Source: an uncultured virus (IMG/VR IMGVR_UViG_3300043429_001189)
Taxonomy: Duplodnaviria; Heunggongvirae; Uroviricota; Caudoviricetes
Direction: 5' to 3' (one strand)
DNA: 64,000 nt
IMG/VR virus record: IMGVR_UViG_3300043429_001189
Span: 62,001 to 126,000 of that record
The notes under the pieces are model-generated. The model did no database searches. It had not been told where the DNA came from and worked only from the letters and a program-made list of their open reading frames with translations. The first letter of the stretch is position 1, and each line of letters opens with the position of its first letter. The translations under genes were made by a program, and so were the position numbers. Shown here one piece after another: positions 1 through 9,226 of the stretch.

Positions 1-2302
1 GTAAAGACCCTTCTTGAATTATTACATCAGTTACCACACCCAATCCTGTAACACCTGATACTATCAATCTTAACGGAGATTCATATGTTCCGCCATTAAG
101 AGTTATTATATCCCCCACAATAAAATCTGTACCAGCAGGATTTGCTAATGAATATGATCCAGTATACCCTTTCATTTTAACATATCCTGTTGCTTGTTGA
201 TTTGAAGTTCCTGGAAATGTTACATTAGGTATACTTGTATATGGGCCGCCTGGCGAAGTTATTGAAATATCTAAAATATCATACCTATTCATAAAAGACT
301 GTAAAGTCTTTTCTAAAGTAGGACTTAAATATGCATCTGATGTATATGGACGTAAATCCTGAATAATTGCTCTGTCTTCACATGTAAAATTAATAGGGCG
401 CGTTAATTCTAAAACTCTTCGTTCATCAACATTTCGCCAAGAATTAATTGCATATCTTTCATAATAAACGCCTTCACCTGTTATATCAGTTATTTGACTG
501 TTAAGAGGCAGAAATTTTTCTTTAAGATATTTTTTAAGAGCAAAGAATTTAATTAAGGCTTCCTCATTTGTAAATTCAAATGCATCAGTTGTTATAGGTA
601 TGCCATTTTCATCAAAATTCCCTGAATCTTTAACCAAATCATAAAAAAGCCCAAACATACTGGTTTTTTTATAGTGCTTGCTTGGAACTAAATTTAATGA
701 TTCTCCACTTTGTTTTTTGTCTTTTAACTGAAAAGCAATAGGTACTTGTCTATACGTTCCAAATTCGGTATCTAAGCTATTTACATTTAAAAAGTATTCT
801 TTAAGTCTGATATCATAATAACCAAACCAATTTATAATATTAACCAATCCTTTATATGATCCAACGTAAGGCCAGATTTGATCTCCTTGTAGGAGCATTT
901 CACGTCTTTTTTGGTTTAATAAAATATAGTCAACATTAGATTCATCTACATCTGAATCTCTAAGTATTAATTCCTGTTCAAGATCAACATCTCTACCTAT
1001 ATTTGATAATAATATTCCTAGTCTTTCATCTTCAGCTTCAGTTTCAGCTCTATAAACTCCGTACATTAATAATCCAGGATTTGATGCAAATGTTATATCA
1101 AGAATCCTAAAAATCGTTATAAATACTCCTTCTACATTTGACTGATGTCCTATGTTTATCGTTAAAGGAGTTTTTTGAATATTTTCATAAACTGTTCTTT
1201 GATATAACTGATTATTTGCAGGTCCTCCAATTGGCGACGACGGTATGGTGTCGGATGATGCAGCTTGTGTAAATTCAAATTCCAATGAAGCCGATTTGGT
1301 AATTGTAGGATAATCTTCATTGTAATTTACATCAAATAAAAAGAAAGAATCATCGCCTTCTACATAAGCTTTAAATTTAGGAACTACTTGATATGTTATT
1401 CCCGCACCCGGTGTAGTGCCAACGGTTAAAGACGTATCAAAATATAAGTTAAAAGTATCAACTTTAGTTAAAACATACGGCCCTCCATCAAGAGCACCTC
1501 CGTCTATAAATATTTTTGATCCAGCCTGTAAATCATGTGGAAAATATGCAGTAAAATTTATTTCTCCTAAAGATGTACCGGGTATTGGATTAGTTAAAGT
1601 AATTGATTGTGAACTTGTGTTAATATCAAAAATAAAAGTGTTTTCAGGTATGCCTGTACCACTAATATTCATTCCTACAACAAGATTTGCAATTGTAGCT
1701 GCTGGTATTCTTGCAACAACATTTGCATCATACTCTCTAACAAGTCCCGTAAAGGTAAATGATTCAATTTCAATTTTAGCACTACTGCCGTTTGCTGAAA
1801 AAGAATTTATATTAAACGGTCCATAATTTTCAATTCTTGGAAATGTATATGTACTTTTTCCATTGGAATCAAAAATATTTTCCAATATGTAAATTTGGTC
1901 AACTGATATTAAGTCAGTAGATACACGTTCTAAACTATAATCTATTATGTAATCTGTCGACGGAGTAGGAAAATCATTATTATTAATTGAGTTGGGAATA
2001 ATGATTGATTGAAAAGAACCGTTAGAATCAAAAGTTATATTAGAATTTGGTATAGTGAAAACAATATTGTCATTATCTATACTTCTTATTTCAATATAAG
2101 TATTAGGCCCGTAATTTGTTCCTCCATCTAAAATTTCAATGTATATTACCTGGCCGCTAAAATTTGTATATGCATTAATAATTGCACCTATCCCAGGAAA
2201 TTGGGCATCATCAATTATTGAGACATATGTGGCATATCTCTTTTGAGGGTTTAAATTATCACCTTTTTTATTAAAAAACGCAAATCTATTAGTTAATAAC
2301 AT
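1..2302 (-). CDS. Large virion structural protein, probably baseplate wedge; runs off the left window edge; not in ORF track
   Basis: ATG at 2300-2302 overlaps the upstream stop (TAATG). The frame was open where spot-checked (start MLLTNRFAFFNKKG, internal IWPYVGSYKGLVNIINWFGYYDIRLKEYF, positions 2-58). It lies directly downstream of baseplate genes. Confidence 0.7.
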   Translation of the reverse strand, partial: MLLTNRFAFFNKKGDNLNPQKRYATYVSIIDDAQFPGIGAIINAYTNFSGQVIYIEILDGGTNYGPNTYIEIRSIDNDNIVFTIPNSNITFDSNGSFQSIIIPNSINNNDFPTPSTDYIIDYSLERVSTDLISVDQIYILENIFDSNGKSTYTFPRIENYGPFNINSFSANGSSAKIEIESFTFTGLVREYDANVVARIPAATIANLVVGMNISGTGIPENTFIFDINTSSQSITLTNPIPGTSLGEINFTAYFPHDLQAGSKIFIDGGALDGGPYVLTKVDTFNLYFDTSLTVGTTPGAGITYQVVPKFKAYVEGDDSFFLFDVNYNEDYPTITKSASLEFEFTQAASSDTIPSSPIGGPANNQLYQRTVYENIQKTPLTINIGHQSNVEGVFITIFRILDITFASNPGLLMYGVYRAETEAEDERLGILLSNIGRDVDLEQELILRDSDVDESNVDYILLNQKRREMLLQGDQIWPYVGSYKGLVNIINWFGYYDIRLKEYFLNVNSLDTEFGTYRQVPIAFQLKDKKQSGESLNLVPSKHYKKTSMFGLFYDLVKDSGNFDENGIPITTDAFEFTNEEALIKFFALKKYLKEKFLPLNSQITDITGEGVYYERYAINSWRNVDERRVLELTRPINFTCEDRAIIQDLRPYTSDAYLSPTLEKTLQSFMNRYDILDISITSPGGPYTSIPNVTFPGTSNQQATGYVKMKGYTGSYSLANPAGTDFIVGDIITLNGGTYESPLRLIVSGVTGLGVVTDVIIQEGSL

Positions 2303-2619
2303 TAAGATATGTATTTGTATTTTTTATCTACTGCATAATTAATCGATTTTCTGATTTGCTGAATTGTATCAACTATATAAGTTAAAAGTTTATTATATTG
2401 AGTCACTACCGCATCAACATCTTCATTTGCAAGAATATAATTAGACAAAGATTTTTTCATAAGATTAGGTCTCCAGTCATACCCTACATTTTTTAAATCA
2501 TCTTGACGATGGATCATTGCTTCATAAAAGCTTTGTCTTGTTAAATACGCACCCATTTTTATTTCTTCATTGGGATCTTCGTAAGTTTTTTCAATTATAT
2601 TTACTTCTCTATTAGCCAT
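2302..2619 (-). CDS. Hypothetical protein in baseplate operon
   Basis: 105-aa ORF translationally coupled to both neighbours. Confidence 0.7.
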   Translation of the reverse strand: MANREVNIIEKTYEDPNEEIKMGAYLTRQSFYEAMIHRQDDLKNVGYDWRPNLMKKSLSNYILANEDVDAVVTQYNKLLTYIVDTIQQIRKSINYAVDKKYKYIS

Positions 2620-4312
2620 TTTTTATACTATCTATATTAATGCGATGTAAATCTATGTTTAAAGATTTTATGGTATCTTTACCAAAAGAGATATTAATTG
2701 TACTTGGTTTTGATTGGCTTGTGCTGTCTTCAATAAAAACTCCGTTTCTATCGGGCCAACCTCCTCTTATTAATGCAAGTTCGCCTCTTCCTATAACAAT
2801 ATCGCCAAATTCGTCTAATCCTATTTCTAAGGTGGAATCAGCATTTTCAGGTATTGCATGAAACGCTTCATTTTCTTCAGACATAAACCAAATATTTACA
2901 CTATCTACGCCTTCAACAGATTCAACGATTGAAACCAAATCCGAAGTAGGAATTTTGTCTCTTCTTCTATTTTTTAAGAAATAGTCTGAAGTTTTTGATA
3001 TAATGTTTTGGCGTATAATATCTTTGCTATACCCTTCAAAAGCCCTAACATTTAAGTTGATAACGTATTTTTTAACTATCGGATCAACTATCTTGACAAT
3101 TGTATTAAGAGTTTTTTGACCGCTCTCTTCTATAACATCATAAATCTTTTGTTTTTCATTGTCAGATAACAAAAATAAATTTTCTGGGATTGTATAATAA
3201 TTTGAATTACTTGGTTTTCTCTTGTTAACGTCAGGAATTAAAAATAAATAAACCACATTATCATCAGATACATCATTATCGTCAAAAGTGCTAAATGCAT
3301 CAACTACAGCAAAAAAATTATATTTTTCCAAAAAGTAAACATAAGAATTGGCATTTGCCAATACATACGATCTTGAAGTTTTTGGCGCTAAAATGCGAGT
3401 TAAAAATATCGGCTCAGCATCTGATCCAAATATAATAGGTTTTCCTACACCGATATTTATAATTGCATTTAGATCAACGCTATTTCCTGCTAGATCAAAT
3501 CCATCATCTTCCCATTGAAAATTAGGCATTTCATCCATCAATATATTGCCAGCATCGCCTGCGCTAATTAAATACTCTACTCTTATAACAGAACCAGCGG
3601 GCGGAATTTTTCCAAAATACAAGTTGCCAAAAAAGATATCTATACCTGTGTCTAAACCTGTTTTAACAATTACGCCAGGTGCATCATAAGGTATATCATA
3701 TAAAGAATCATAATTTTTCCACAATTCATTATTTACATATATTCTATAAATAAAATTATCAATCTGAGTACCTTTTCTTGGTTTAATGTTGTACGATTGC
3801 AATGGATATCCTGTACCCGTGATTGTTTGCACCTCAAAGCTTCCTTGCGTAACTTTAACTTCAACTACTTGCTTTCCCGATAAATTAATTCTTACTTCCT
3901 CGGTATTTGTTGTTATTACGTAAGAAAGACCAGTTGCTTGGTCAACTAATTTTGAATAATTAGGAATAATCACGGTGTTTCCATACATATCCACCGTAGA
4001 TCCATTATATCCAAGCAAAACAGTACCAGAAGCTGAAATTGCTCTTGTGGGATTATGTCCCGCTAATCTTGCAAGACCAATTATTGATTGGTCTCTACCA
4101 GCGGTCATTATATTAAGTTCAGTAATGCTGTCTTCAATGTAATAAAACATCAAGCGAGCTAAATCCAATATAACATAGAGTAATTGTCCGTATGCACTTG
4201 CCGGAGAAAAAACTTCTCCTACCTGTAAGAATTTTGTTGTCATAAAATTTCTTACATCTCCGTACAGCTGGTCAAATCTAATTCTATTGTATTTGAATAT
4301 TTGAAGAGCCAT
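2612..4312 (-). CDS. Baseplate wedge protein (T4 gp6 / baseplate J-like)
   Basis: N-terminal 'SIIGLARLAGHNPTRAISA', 'IFFGNLYFGKIP..GSVIRVEYL' and C-terminal 'VESVEGVDSV' are typical of gp6/J-like proteins. Confidence 0.85.
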   Translation of the reverse strand: MALQIFKYNRIRFDQLYGDVRNFMTTKFLQVGEVFSPASAYGQLLYVILDLARLMFYYIEDSITELNIMTAGRDQSIIGLARLAGHNPTRAISASGTVLLGYNGSTVDMYGNTVIIPNYSKLVDQATGLSYVITTNTEEVRINLSGKQVVEVKVTQGSFEVQTITGTGYPLQSYNIKPRKGTQIDNFIYRIYVNNELWKNYDSLYDIPYDAPGVIVKTGLDTGIDIFFGNLYFGKIPPAGSVIRVEYLISAGDAGNILMDEMPNFQWEDDGFDLAGNSVDLNAIINIGVGKPIIFGSDAEPIFLTRILAPKTSRSYVLANANSYVYFLEKYNFFAVVDAFSTFDDNDVSDDNVVYLFLIPDVNKRKPSNSNYYTIPENLFLLSDNEKQKIYDVIEESGQKTLNTIVKIVDPIVKKYVINLNVRAFEGYSKDIIRQNIISKTSDYFLKNRRRDKIPTSDLVSIVESVEGVDSVNIWFMSEENEAFHAIPENADSTLEIGLDEFGDIVIGRGELALIRGGWPDRNGVFIEDSTSQSKPSTINISFGKDTIKSLNIDLHRINIDSIKNG

Positions 4313-4327
4313 TAAGGTAAAAATTAT

Positions 4328-4690
4328 TTAAGTTGCCTCGACACCAAGATATTTTTTGCCGTCTATGTATATATCAATATAGCAAATATCTCTTACCGTT
4401 CCTTGGGTAAAAGATACTTTAATTTCGATTGGCATGTTTGCTGTATCAGGTACATAAAAACCTAATTGTCCGTAAAAGCTTTCAGAAATCTGTCTTTCAT
4501 TTGCATTTATTTCAAATAACATTTGTTCTAAACTCAATCCAAAGTTGGGATCGCCTAAAACCTCTCCTTTATTTGTAAAAATAATCATTCTTATTTTTGT
4601 TAAAAGAGCTTCGTAAGGCGATCCTGTCTCAAGTATTCCAGGTAAATAACCTGGATCAGATTCATTTCTACAATATATTTCTTTAAGCAT
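4328..4690 (-). CDS. Baseplate wedge subunit, gp25-like
   Basis: 'IFTNKGEVLGDPNFGLSLEQMLFE' gp25 signature. Start moved to ATG 4690 to avoid overlap with the upstream gene. Confidence 0.85.
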   Translation of the reverse strand: MLKEIYCRNESDPGYLPGILETGSPYEALLTKIRMIIFTNKGEVLGDPNFGLSLEQMLFEINANERQISESFYGQLGFYVPDTANMPIEIKVSFTQGTVRDICYIDIYIDGKKYLGVEAT

Positions 4691-4722
4691 GTTTAAAATA
4701 TTGATTTTCAACAATTTATATA

Positions 4723-5454
4723 TTAATGAAATAGCATGAACCAATCTGGGCTGTTCTCATCATCAATTTTTTGCAATATTGAATTGAGCTCTTCTTGTCC
4801 TTCGTCTTTAATTGCGCTCGCGTCAACTTGTATGCCACCAGGCAAATTAAATGTAAAAGTTCCTAAAAGTCTACCTAATGATATTTTTGCTTGTGCCGTA
4901 ATATATCTTTGAAAAAACCAATCATCATACAACTTGTAGTCTTCAATCTTGGTATAAGTTAAAATATAAACGTTCTTTTTTGGATCTCTACCTAAAATTT
5001 TCAATCTTTTTGTGTTTCTGTTAAAATCAAACGCATATCTTTCAAGCATAAAACTTTTAGTTAAATCCCAATAAGAATATTGGGCTGTTCTTAATACCAA
5101 ATCGTCAGATTGAAAAGGTGATAAAAATAACTCAGCTGCTATTAAACGATTATCTGCAAAATCCTGGTCAACTGTTCCTAATATACCTCCTCCTGTAAAA
5201 TCCCTAACATCTTGTATAGAAATTACACAATCAGGAAGTAAAACACTTCTTGTTGCTTTCCATTCACTTTGTGCAAAAAGTTTTCTGGGCAATACATAAT
5301 ATGTAGTCTCAACAGCAGGACCGTAGTTTACGTAAAACCAATTTTCAGCTTGACCTATAATTCTTTCCATTTCTTTTTGCGGAATAGAATAAGGTAAAGA
5401 ACCAGATACAGTAATCTCGTCGTTAACAAGCTGTATTAATTCGTCTTTCGTCAT
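4723..5454 (-). CDS. Neck protein, T4 gp13-like
   Basis: C-terminal 'WFFQRYITAQAK...FNLPGGIQVDASAIKDEGQEEL' resembles the gp13 C-terminus. Confidence 0.75.
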   Translation of the reverse strand: MTKDELIQLVNDEITVSGSLPYSIPQKEMERIIGQAENWFYVNYGPAVETTYYVLPRKLFAQSEWKATRSVLLPDCVISIQDVRDFTGGGILGTVDQDFADNRLIAAELFLSPFQSDDLVLRTAQYSYWDLTKSFMLERYAFDFNRNTKRLKILGRDPKKNVYILTYTKIEDYKLYDDWFFQRYITAQAKISLGRLLGTFTFNLPGGIQVDASAIKDEGQEELNSILQKIDDENSPDWFMLFH

Positions 5455-5485
5455 TTTATTACTTTAATTTTTGAAAACAAATTAT

Positions 5486-6889
5486 TTATTTGTTTTTCTT
5501 TTTATCGGCATTTTTTGCACCTTTATTTGGATCTTTATAGCTGCCGGGAGATTCAGCAGGTTCAATAAGTTCAACAATTAAAGTTTCTTTTGAAATATTT
5601 GCAAGCTTTCCTATTTCTCCGTTTCTAATGACTCCGCCTACAACTTTACAATTAATAGGAAATCTTTTGTTTTCAATAAAGCAATCTTCGCAAGAATTTG
5701 AAATATGTAAAGGCGATTCAGCAACTTTACAAGAAATGAAACTATTTTCTTTGACTGGTTTGCATTCAGCAACTCTTGAATTTTTAATTTCACACCCATA
5801 AAATGTACATCTGTTAAAAACACCTTCCAATTCACAATTAACAAATTCAATATCATGCGCTACACAATTTTTAATTTTTGTGTCCTTTACTTGTAAAACC
5901 GATAAATCTGTATCAAAATTAAATATGCCTTTAGTAATACCACTAGACAACAATAACTTAAATAGAGGTTCTTTAATTACATGCCAATATGATTCCAATA
6001 TCTGATCATCATTTCGCATATCTATTCCTACCTCTATTTTAGGAAAGTTTTTCTTGAACGTAGAATATTTAACAAACCCTTCATAAAGTTTGGTTTGTTT
6101 TTCCATTAACTTTTTAAAATAGGCACGGTCACTTTGGCTGAAATTGCCATCAAAATTTAATACTTCATATAAATTTAATATGTAATAATTTATAAGATCT
6201 AAAATTTTACGAGTTTTTCTTTCATAATCAGCCCCGCCCATATAACGGTATTCAAGATAACCTTTTTCAGCTTTTAAGAAATTCACCCCATAATATTTTT
6301 CTGACGGAACTTTAAGAACATTTTTGCTAATATCAGTTTCCGTCGTATAAAATAATATTGCATTGGGGTGAATTTCTTTGATGCTTCTTGCATAAACTGA
6401 ATCCCTTCTTTTTGGGAATATATCATAAACTTTTTCTTCATCAAATCCCAAAATGAATTTTACAATATTCATTTGCGGAATTTCAACTCTTGTTGGAATC
6501 TTATTTGGGTCTATACTGATGTTTGCGTGAATTGAACATCTTTCATTTGTGTATCCGTTTGACTGAATCCATTCAAATACTTTAATGATAACGTTTCTTG
6601 CTTCTGAATAATTTAAAGGCCCAGTAACCAATTCACACATTTTTTTGCCGCCTGAATAATCAGGCTCCAACTTAAAAACAGATGATGATGGCTGTACTGG
6701 CGAGTGATACAAAGGCTTAGGTTCTTGAATATTACTTAATGCCATTGGAACTACCACTCTTTTTTTCAGAAATGCAGAAAGAGAACGTGCTGTTTCAATA
6801 ATATCCATTGATGAATAAAATTCAAATTCCACCCCGATCCTGCTACCTGCAAGAATTTCATCTTCAGTATAAACCTTTTTGGTTTTCAT
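5486..6889 (-). CDS. Putative amidoligase (Amidoligase_2 / COOH-NH2 ligase) with C-terminal beta-helix-like repeats
   Basis: Motifs IGVEFEF, CELVTGPL, CSIHANIS, KYYGVNF, YLEYRYMGG. Confidence 0.75.
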   Translation of the reverse strand: MKTKKVYTEDEILAGSRIGVEFEFYSSMDIIETARSLSAFLKKRVVVPMALSNIQEPKPLYHSPVQPSSSVFKLEPDYSGGKKMCELVTGPLNYSEARNVIIKVFEWIQSNGYTNERCSIHANISIDPNKIPTRVEIPQMNIVKFILGFDEEKVYDIFPKRRDSVYARSIKEIHPNAILFYTTETDISKNVLKVPSEKYYGVNFLKAEKGYLEYRYMGGADYERKTRKILDLINYYILNLYEVLNFDGNFSQSDRAYFKKLMEKQTKLYEGFVKYSTFKKNFPKIEVGIDMRNDDQILESYWHVIKEPLFKLLLSSGITKGIFNFDTDLSVLQVKDTKIKNCVAHDIEFVNCELEGVFNRCTFYGCEIKNSRVAECKPVKENSFISCKVAESPLHISNSCEDCFIENKRFPINCKVVGGVIRNGEIGKLANISKETLIVELIEPAESPGSYKDPNKGAKNADKKKNK

Positions 6890-6904
6890 TTTTTTAAGGT
6901 ATTT

Positions 6905-8101
6905 TTATGCTTCATTTGGTATAGTCAAGTAGATTTTATCATTAATCACTTTATCTACTGTAACCATAATTTTTTCACCAACGTTATATTTCTTTTTCTT
7001 AGTCTTGACTTCTTTTTGAGATATCATTCCTATAATATCTTTTTGCAATTTAACTAATACTCCAAAAGATTGAATTGAAATAATTTCCCCTGTTTTAACG
7101 GTTCCCAAATTAGCATTTTTAAATTCTGTAATTTCTTTTAATCTAATTGCAGGATCTTCGTCAGTCAATATAATTTTTTTGTCATTGGTCACCTCTTTAA
7201 TCCAAAAAGAAATTTTATCACCTGGCCTAACTCGCCCTTCTTTAAATTTCTCTTTTAATTCGGGTGTCATTTTACTTGCGTGTATAAGTCCAGTAAATAT
7301 ATCGTCAAACTCAATAAATATGCCATATTTTGCCGCACCTGTAATTGTTCCAGAATATTTCTTTTCTCTATCTAATTCATCAATTTTTTGCGGCAATATT
7401 TTAGAAATGTATTTTTTATATGAAAAAACAAATGTTGAACTTTCTTCTAAATAATCTTCAACCATAACTGGTACCTCTTTGCCTATCATTTCATCAAAAT
7501 CTCTAACAATATTTGCTGCAGCAAGCGAACCTGGCAAAAAACCATCTACTCCTTGAACGTTAATAATAAATCCGCCATGATTTTTTCCAATTATTTTTCC
7601 ATAATAAGCGGTTTCATTTGCGGATATTTGTTCCATAAATTCATTCCGCGTCTTTTCGGTTTGCCCTGCATATAATGATGCTCGAGTATACGGATTAATA
7701 CCTTCAATTTTTACATGATAACCTTGATTTAAAAAAGATCTTTTCCAAGATTCATTTTTTGCATTTTCAATAAATTCTTCCTGCGTTAAACCAAGCATAG
7801 AGAAAAACTTACGTTCGCTATCCAGCTTAATTGTTGCGTCGATCATTCCTTCTAATGTAATTGCCATCTCTTTTTCGGAAACTCCGTAGATGTCAACCAT
7901 TTTCATAATCATACCTTCATTAATTTCTTTACTGACTACATCAGATGCTACCATTAATTTACATAACTCTTCGGCATAAGGCTCGTGACAAAAAACTTTT
8001 CCTCCATATTTTTTGGATAGTTTTTTGTTTACAACTCGTCTTTCTGTAAGACTTAAAATTTCCCAATCAAATGCTGGGGACTGTTTTTTTTCTAAATTCA
8101 T
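6905..8101 (-). CDS. Ribosomal protein bS1-like protein (about three S1 domains)
   Basis: S1 repeats 'GKIIGKNHGGFIINVQGVDGFLPGS', 'GTITGAAKYGIFIEF..FTGLIHASKM', 'GEIISIQSFGVLVKL...GMISQKEV'. Confidence 0.8.
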   Translation of the reverse strand: MNLEKKQSPAFDWEILSLTERRVVNKKLSKKYGGKVFCHEPYAEELCKLMVASDVVSKEINEGMIMKMVDIYGVSEKEMAITLEGMIDATIKLDSERKFFSMLGLTQEEFIENAKNESWKRSFLNQGYHVKIEGINPYTRASLYAGQTEKTRNEFMEQISANETAYYGKIIGKNHGGFIINVQGVDGFLPGSLAAANIVRDFDEMIGKEVPVMVEDYLEESSTFVFSYKKYISKILPQKIDELDREKKYSGTITGAAKYGIFIEFDDIFTGLIHASKMTPELKEKFKEGRVRPGDKISFWIKEVTNDKKIILTDEDPAIRLKEITEFKNANLGTVKTGEIISIQSFGVLVKLQKDIIGMISQKEVKTKKKKYNVGEKIMVTVDKVINDKIYLTIPNEA

Positions 8102-8123
8102 ATTTTTTTAATTGGTCTATAAG

Positions 8124-8132
8124 TTATATATC
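8124..8132 (-). promoter_or_regulatory. GATATATAA putative late-type promoter
   Basis: Exact 9-mer about 22 nt upstream of the S1-like start; recurs in other intergenic gaps. Confidence 0.55.
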
Positions 8133-8151
8133 TGTATTTGAAATGAATATG

Positions 8152-8442
8152 TTATGATATTATAGCAGCAGGTGAAGGAGCAACGGTTGCGCCTGTTTGA
8201 GCAACAGCTGAGCCTGCTGTTGTAACTGATTGCCCTGGAGGAATAATAATCGTTTGTGATCTAATATAAGAATCAATTGCAGGTGCGGCAATCGCTGCAA
8301 AAGTTTCCGCGGCAGCAAGTCTTGCCTCGAAGGAAACGTCAGTTCCTTGTGGGGAACTTGCAATTGTATTGGCAAACTCAAGCATAGCTTGTTCAAAAGC
8401 ATTTTTGAGTGCTAAATTTAATGTATCAGGTATAAGTGCCAT
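8152..8442 (-). CDS. Small baseplate/spike-associated protein
   Basis: Ala-rich 96 aa immediately downstream of the gp5-like gene. Confidence 0.55.
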   Translation of the reverse strand: MALIPDTLNLALKNAFEQAMLEFANTIASSPQGTDVSFEARLAAAETFAAIAAPAIDSYIRSQTIIIPPGQSVTTAGSAVAQTGATVAPSPAAIIS

Positions 8443-8443
8443 G

Positions 8444-9226
8444 TTATTTTGTTTTTGATATTAAACTTAATTCTGAACCGTTTAATGGAATTATAGGTGG
8501 GCTTGTGGGAGCGCCTAAATTTCCTATATGAGTGTGAGCATTAAAAATTTGTTGAAAGGTGTTTCCTTTAATCAAAGCTTCAGTTGCACCTTCGCCTAAT
8601 TCAATTGCGCCAGCATCAATTACAGCTTTTTCGGTGGTAACATTGACTTGACTAGTAGATACAATATTAATTGTATCCCCTATTAATTCAATTATGCTTT
8701 CAGTATCTTTGTGTTGAATTGTTATACTTGAATCGGGATTAATTATTATCTGAGATTCTTTGTGAAAAACGTTCATACCTTTATTAGGGGTATAAAAAAT
8801 CTTTACTTGTTCGTCATTATCATATAATAAAATATGAGAACCTTCATAAGAATCTTGAATTTCCTCAGATGCTTGAATGTTTAAATTTTGTATGAATGAC
8901 CATTCTGGTGAATATAAGTCGCCTGTAGGGAATACTACTTTTACTATTGTTCCTACTTTAGGAATTGAAATATCGCCAAAACCTTTAGTCTCTCCACCAG
9001 CAAAAAATTTACCATTTGCAGGCGACGCCCAGGGAATTTTATCAACAGATAATTCTGTTTTGGTTATTTGTCCTGTTGGATTTCCATTTTGAATTACAGG
9101 ATCTTCAGAATTAAATAAACCAAATATCTTTATTTTGCATCTCCCTTCTTTTTCAGGATCGTTTGCATCAAGCACTTCACCTATAAAAAACTTGCCAATA
9201 AGTTCTTCTTTGTTAAATGATTTCAT
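8444..9226 (-). CDS. Baseplate central spike, gp5/VgrG-like OB-fold protein
   Basis: 'GEVLDANDPEKEGRCKIKIFG..IPWA..IPKVGTIVKVVF..GD' OB fold; C-terminal HTH (His-x-His) iron-binding tip motif. Confidence 0.85.
   Translation of the reverse strand: MKSFNKEELIGKFFIGEVLDANDPEKEGRCKIKIFGLFNSEDPVIQNGNPTGQITKTELSVDKIPWASPANGKFFAGGETKGFGDISIPKVGTIVKVVFPTGDLYSPEWSFIQNLNIQASEEIQDSYEGSHILLYDNDEQVKIFYTPNKGMNVFHKESQIIINPDSSITIQHKDTESIIELIGDTINIVSTSQVNVTTEKAVIDAGAIELGEGATEALIKGNTFQQIFNAHTHIGNLGAPTSPPIIPLNGSELSLISKTK

Noticed and set aside
1416..1826. Plus-strand ORF (and the many similar short plus-strand ORFs across the window)
   Set aside because: Antisense shadows of long minus-strand genes; no motifs and mostly non-ATG starts.
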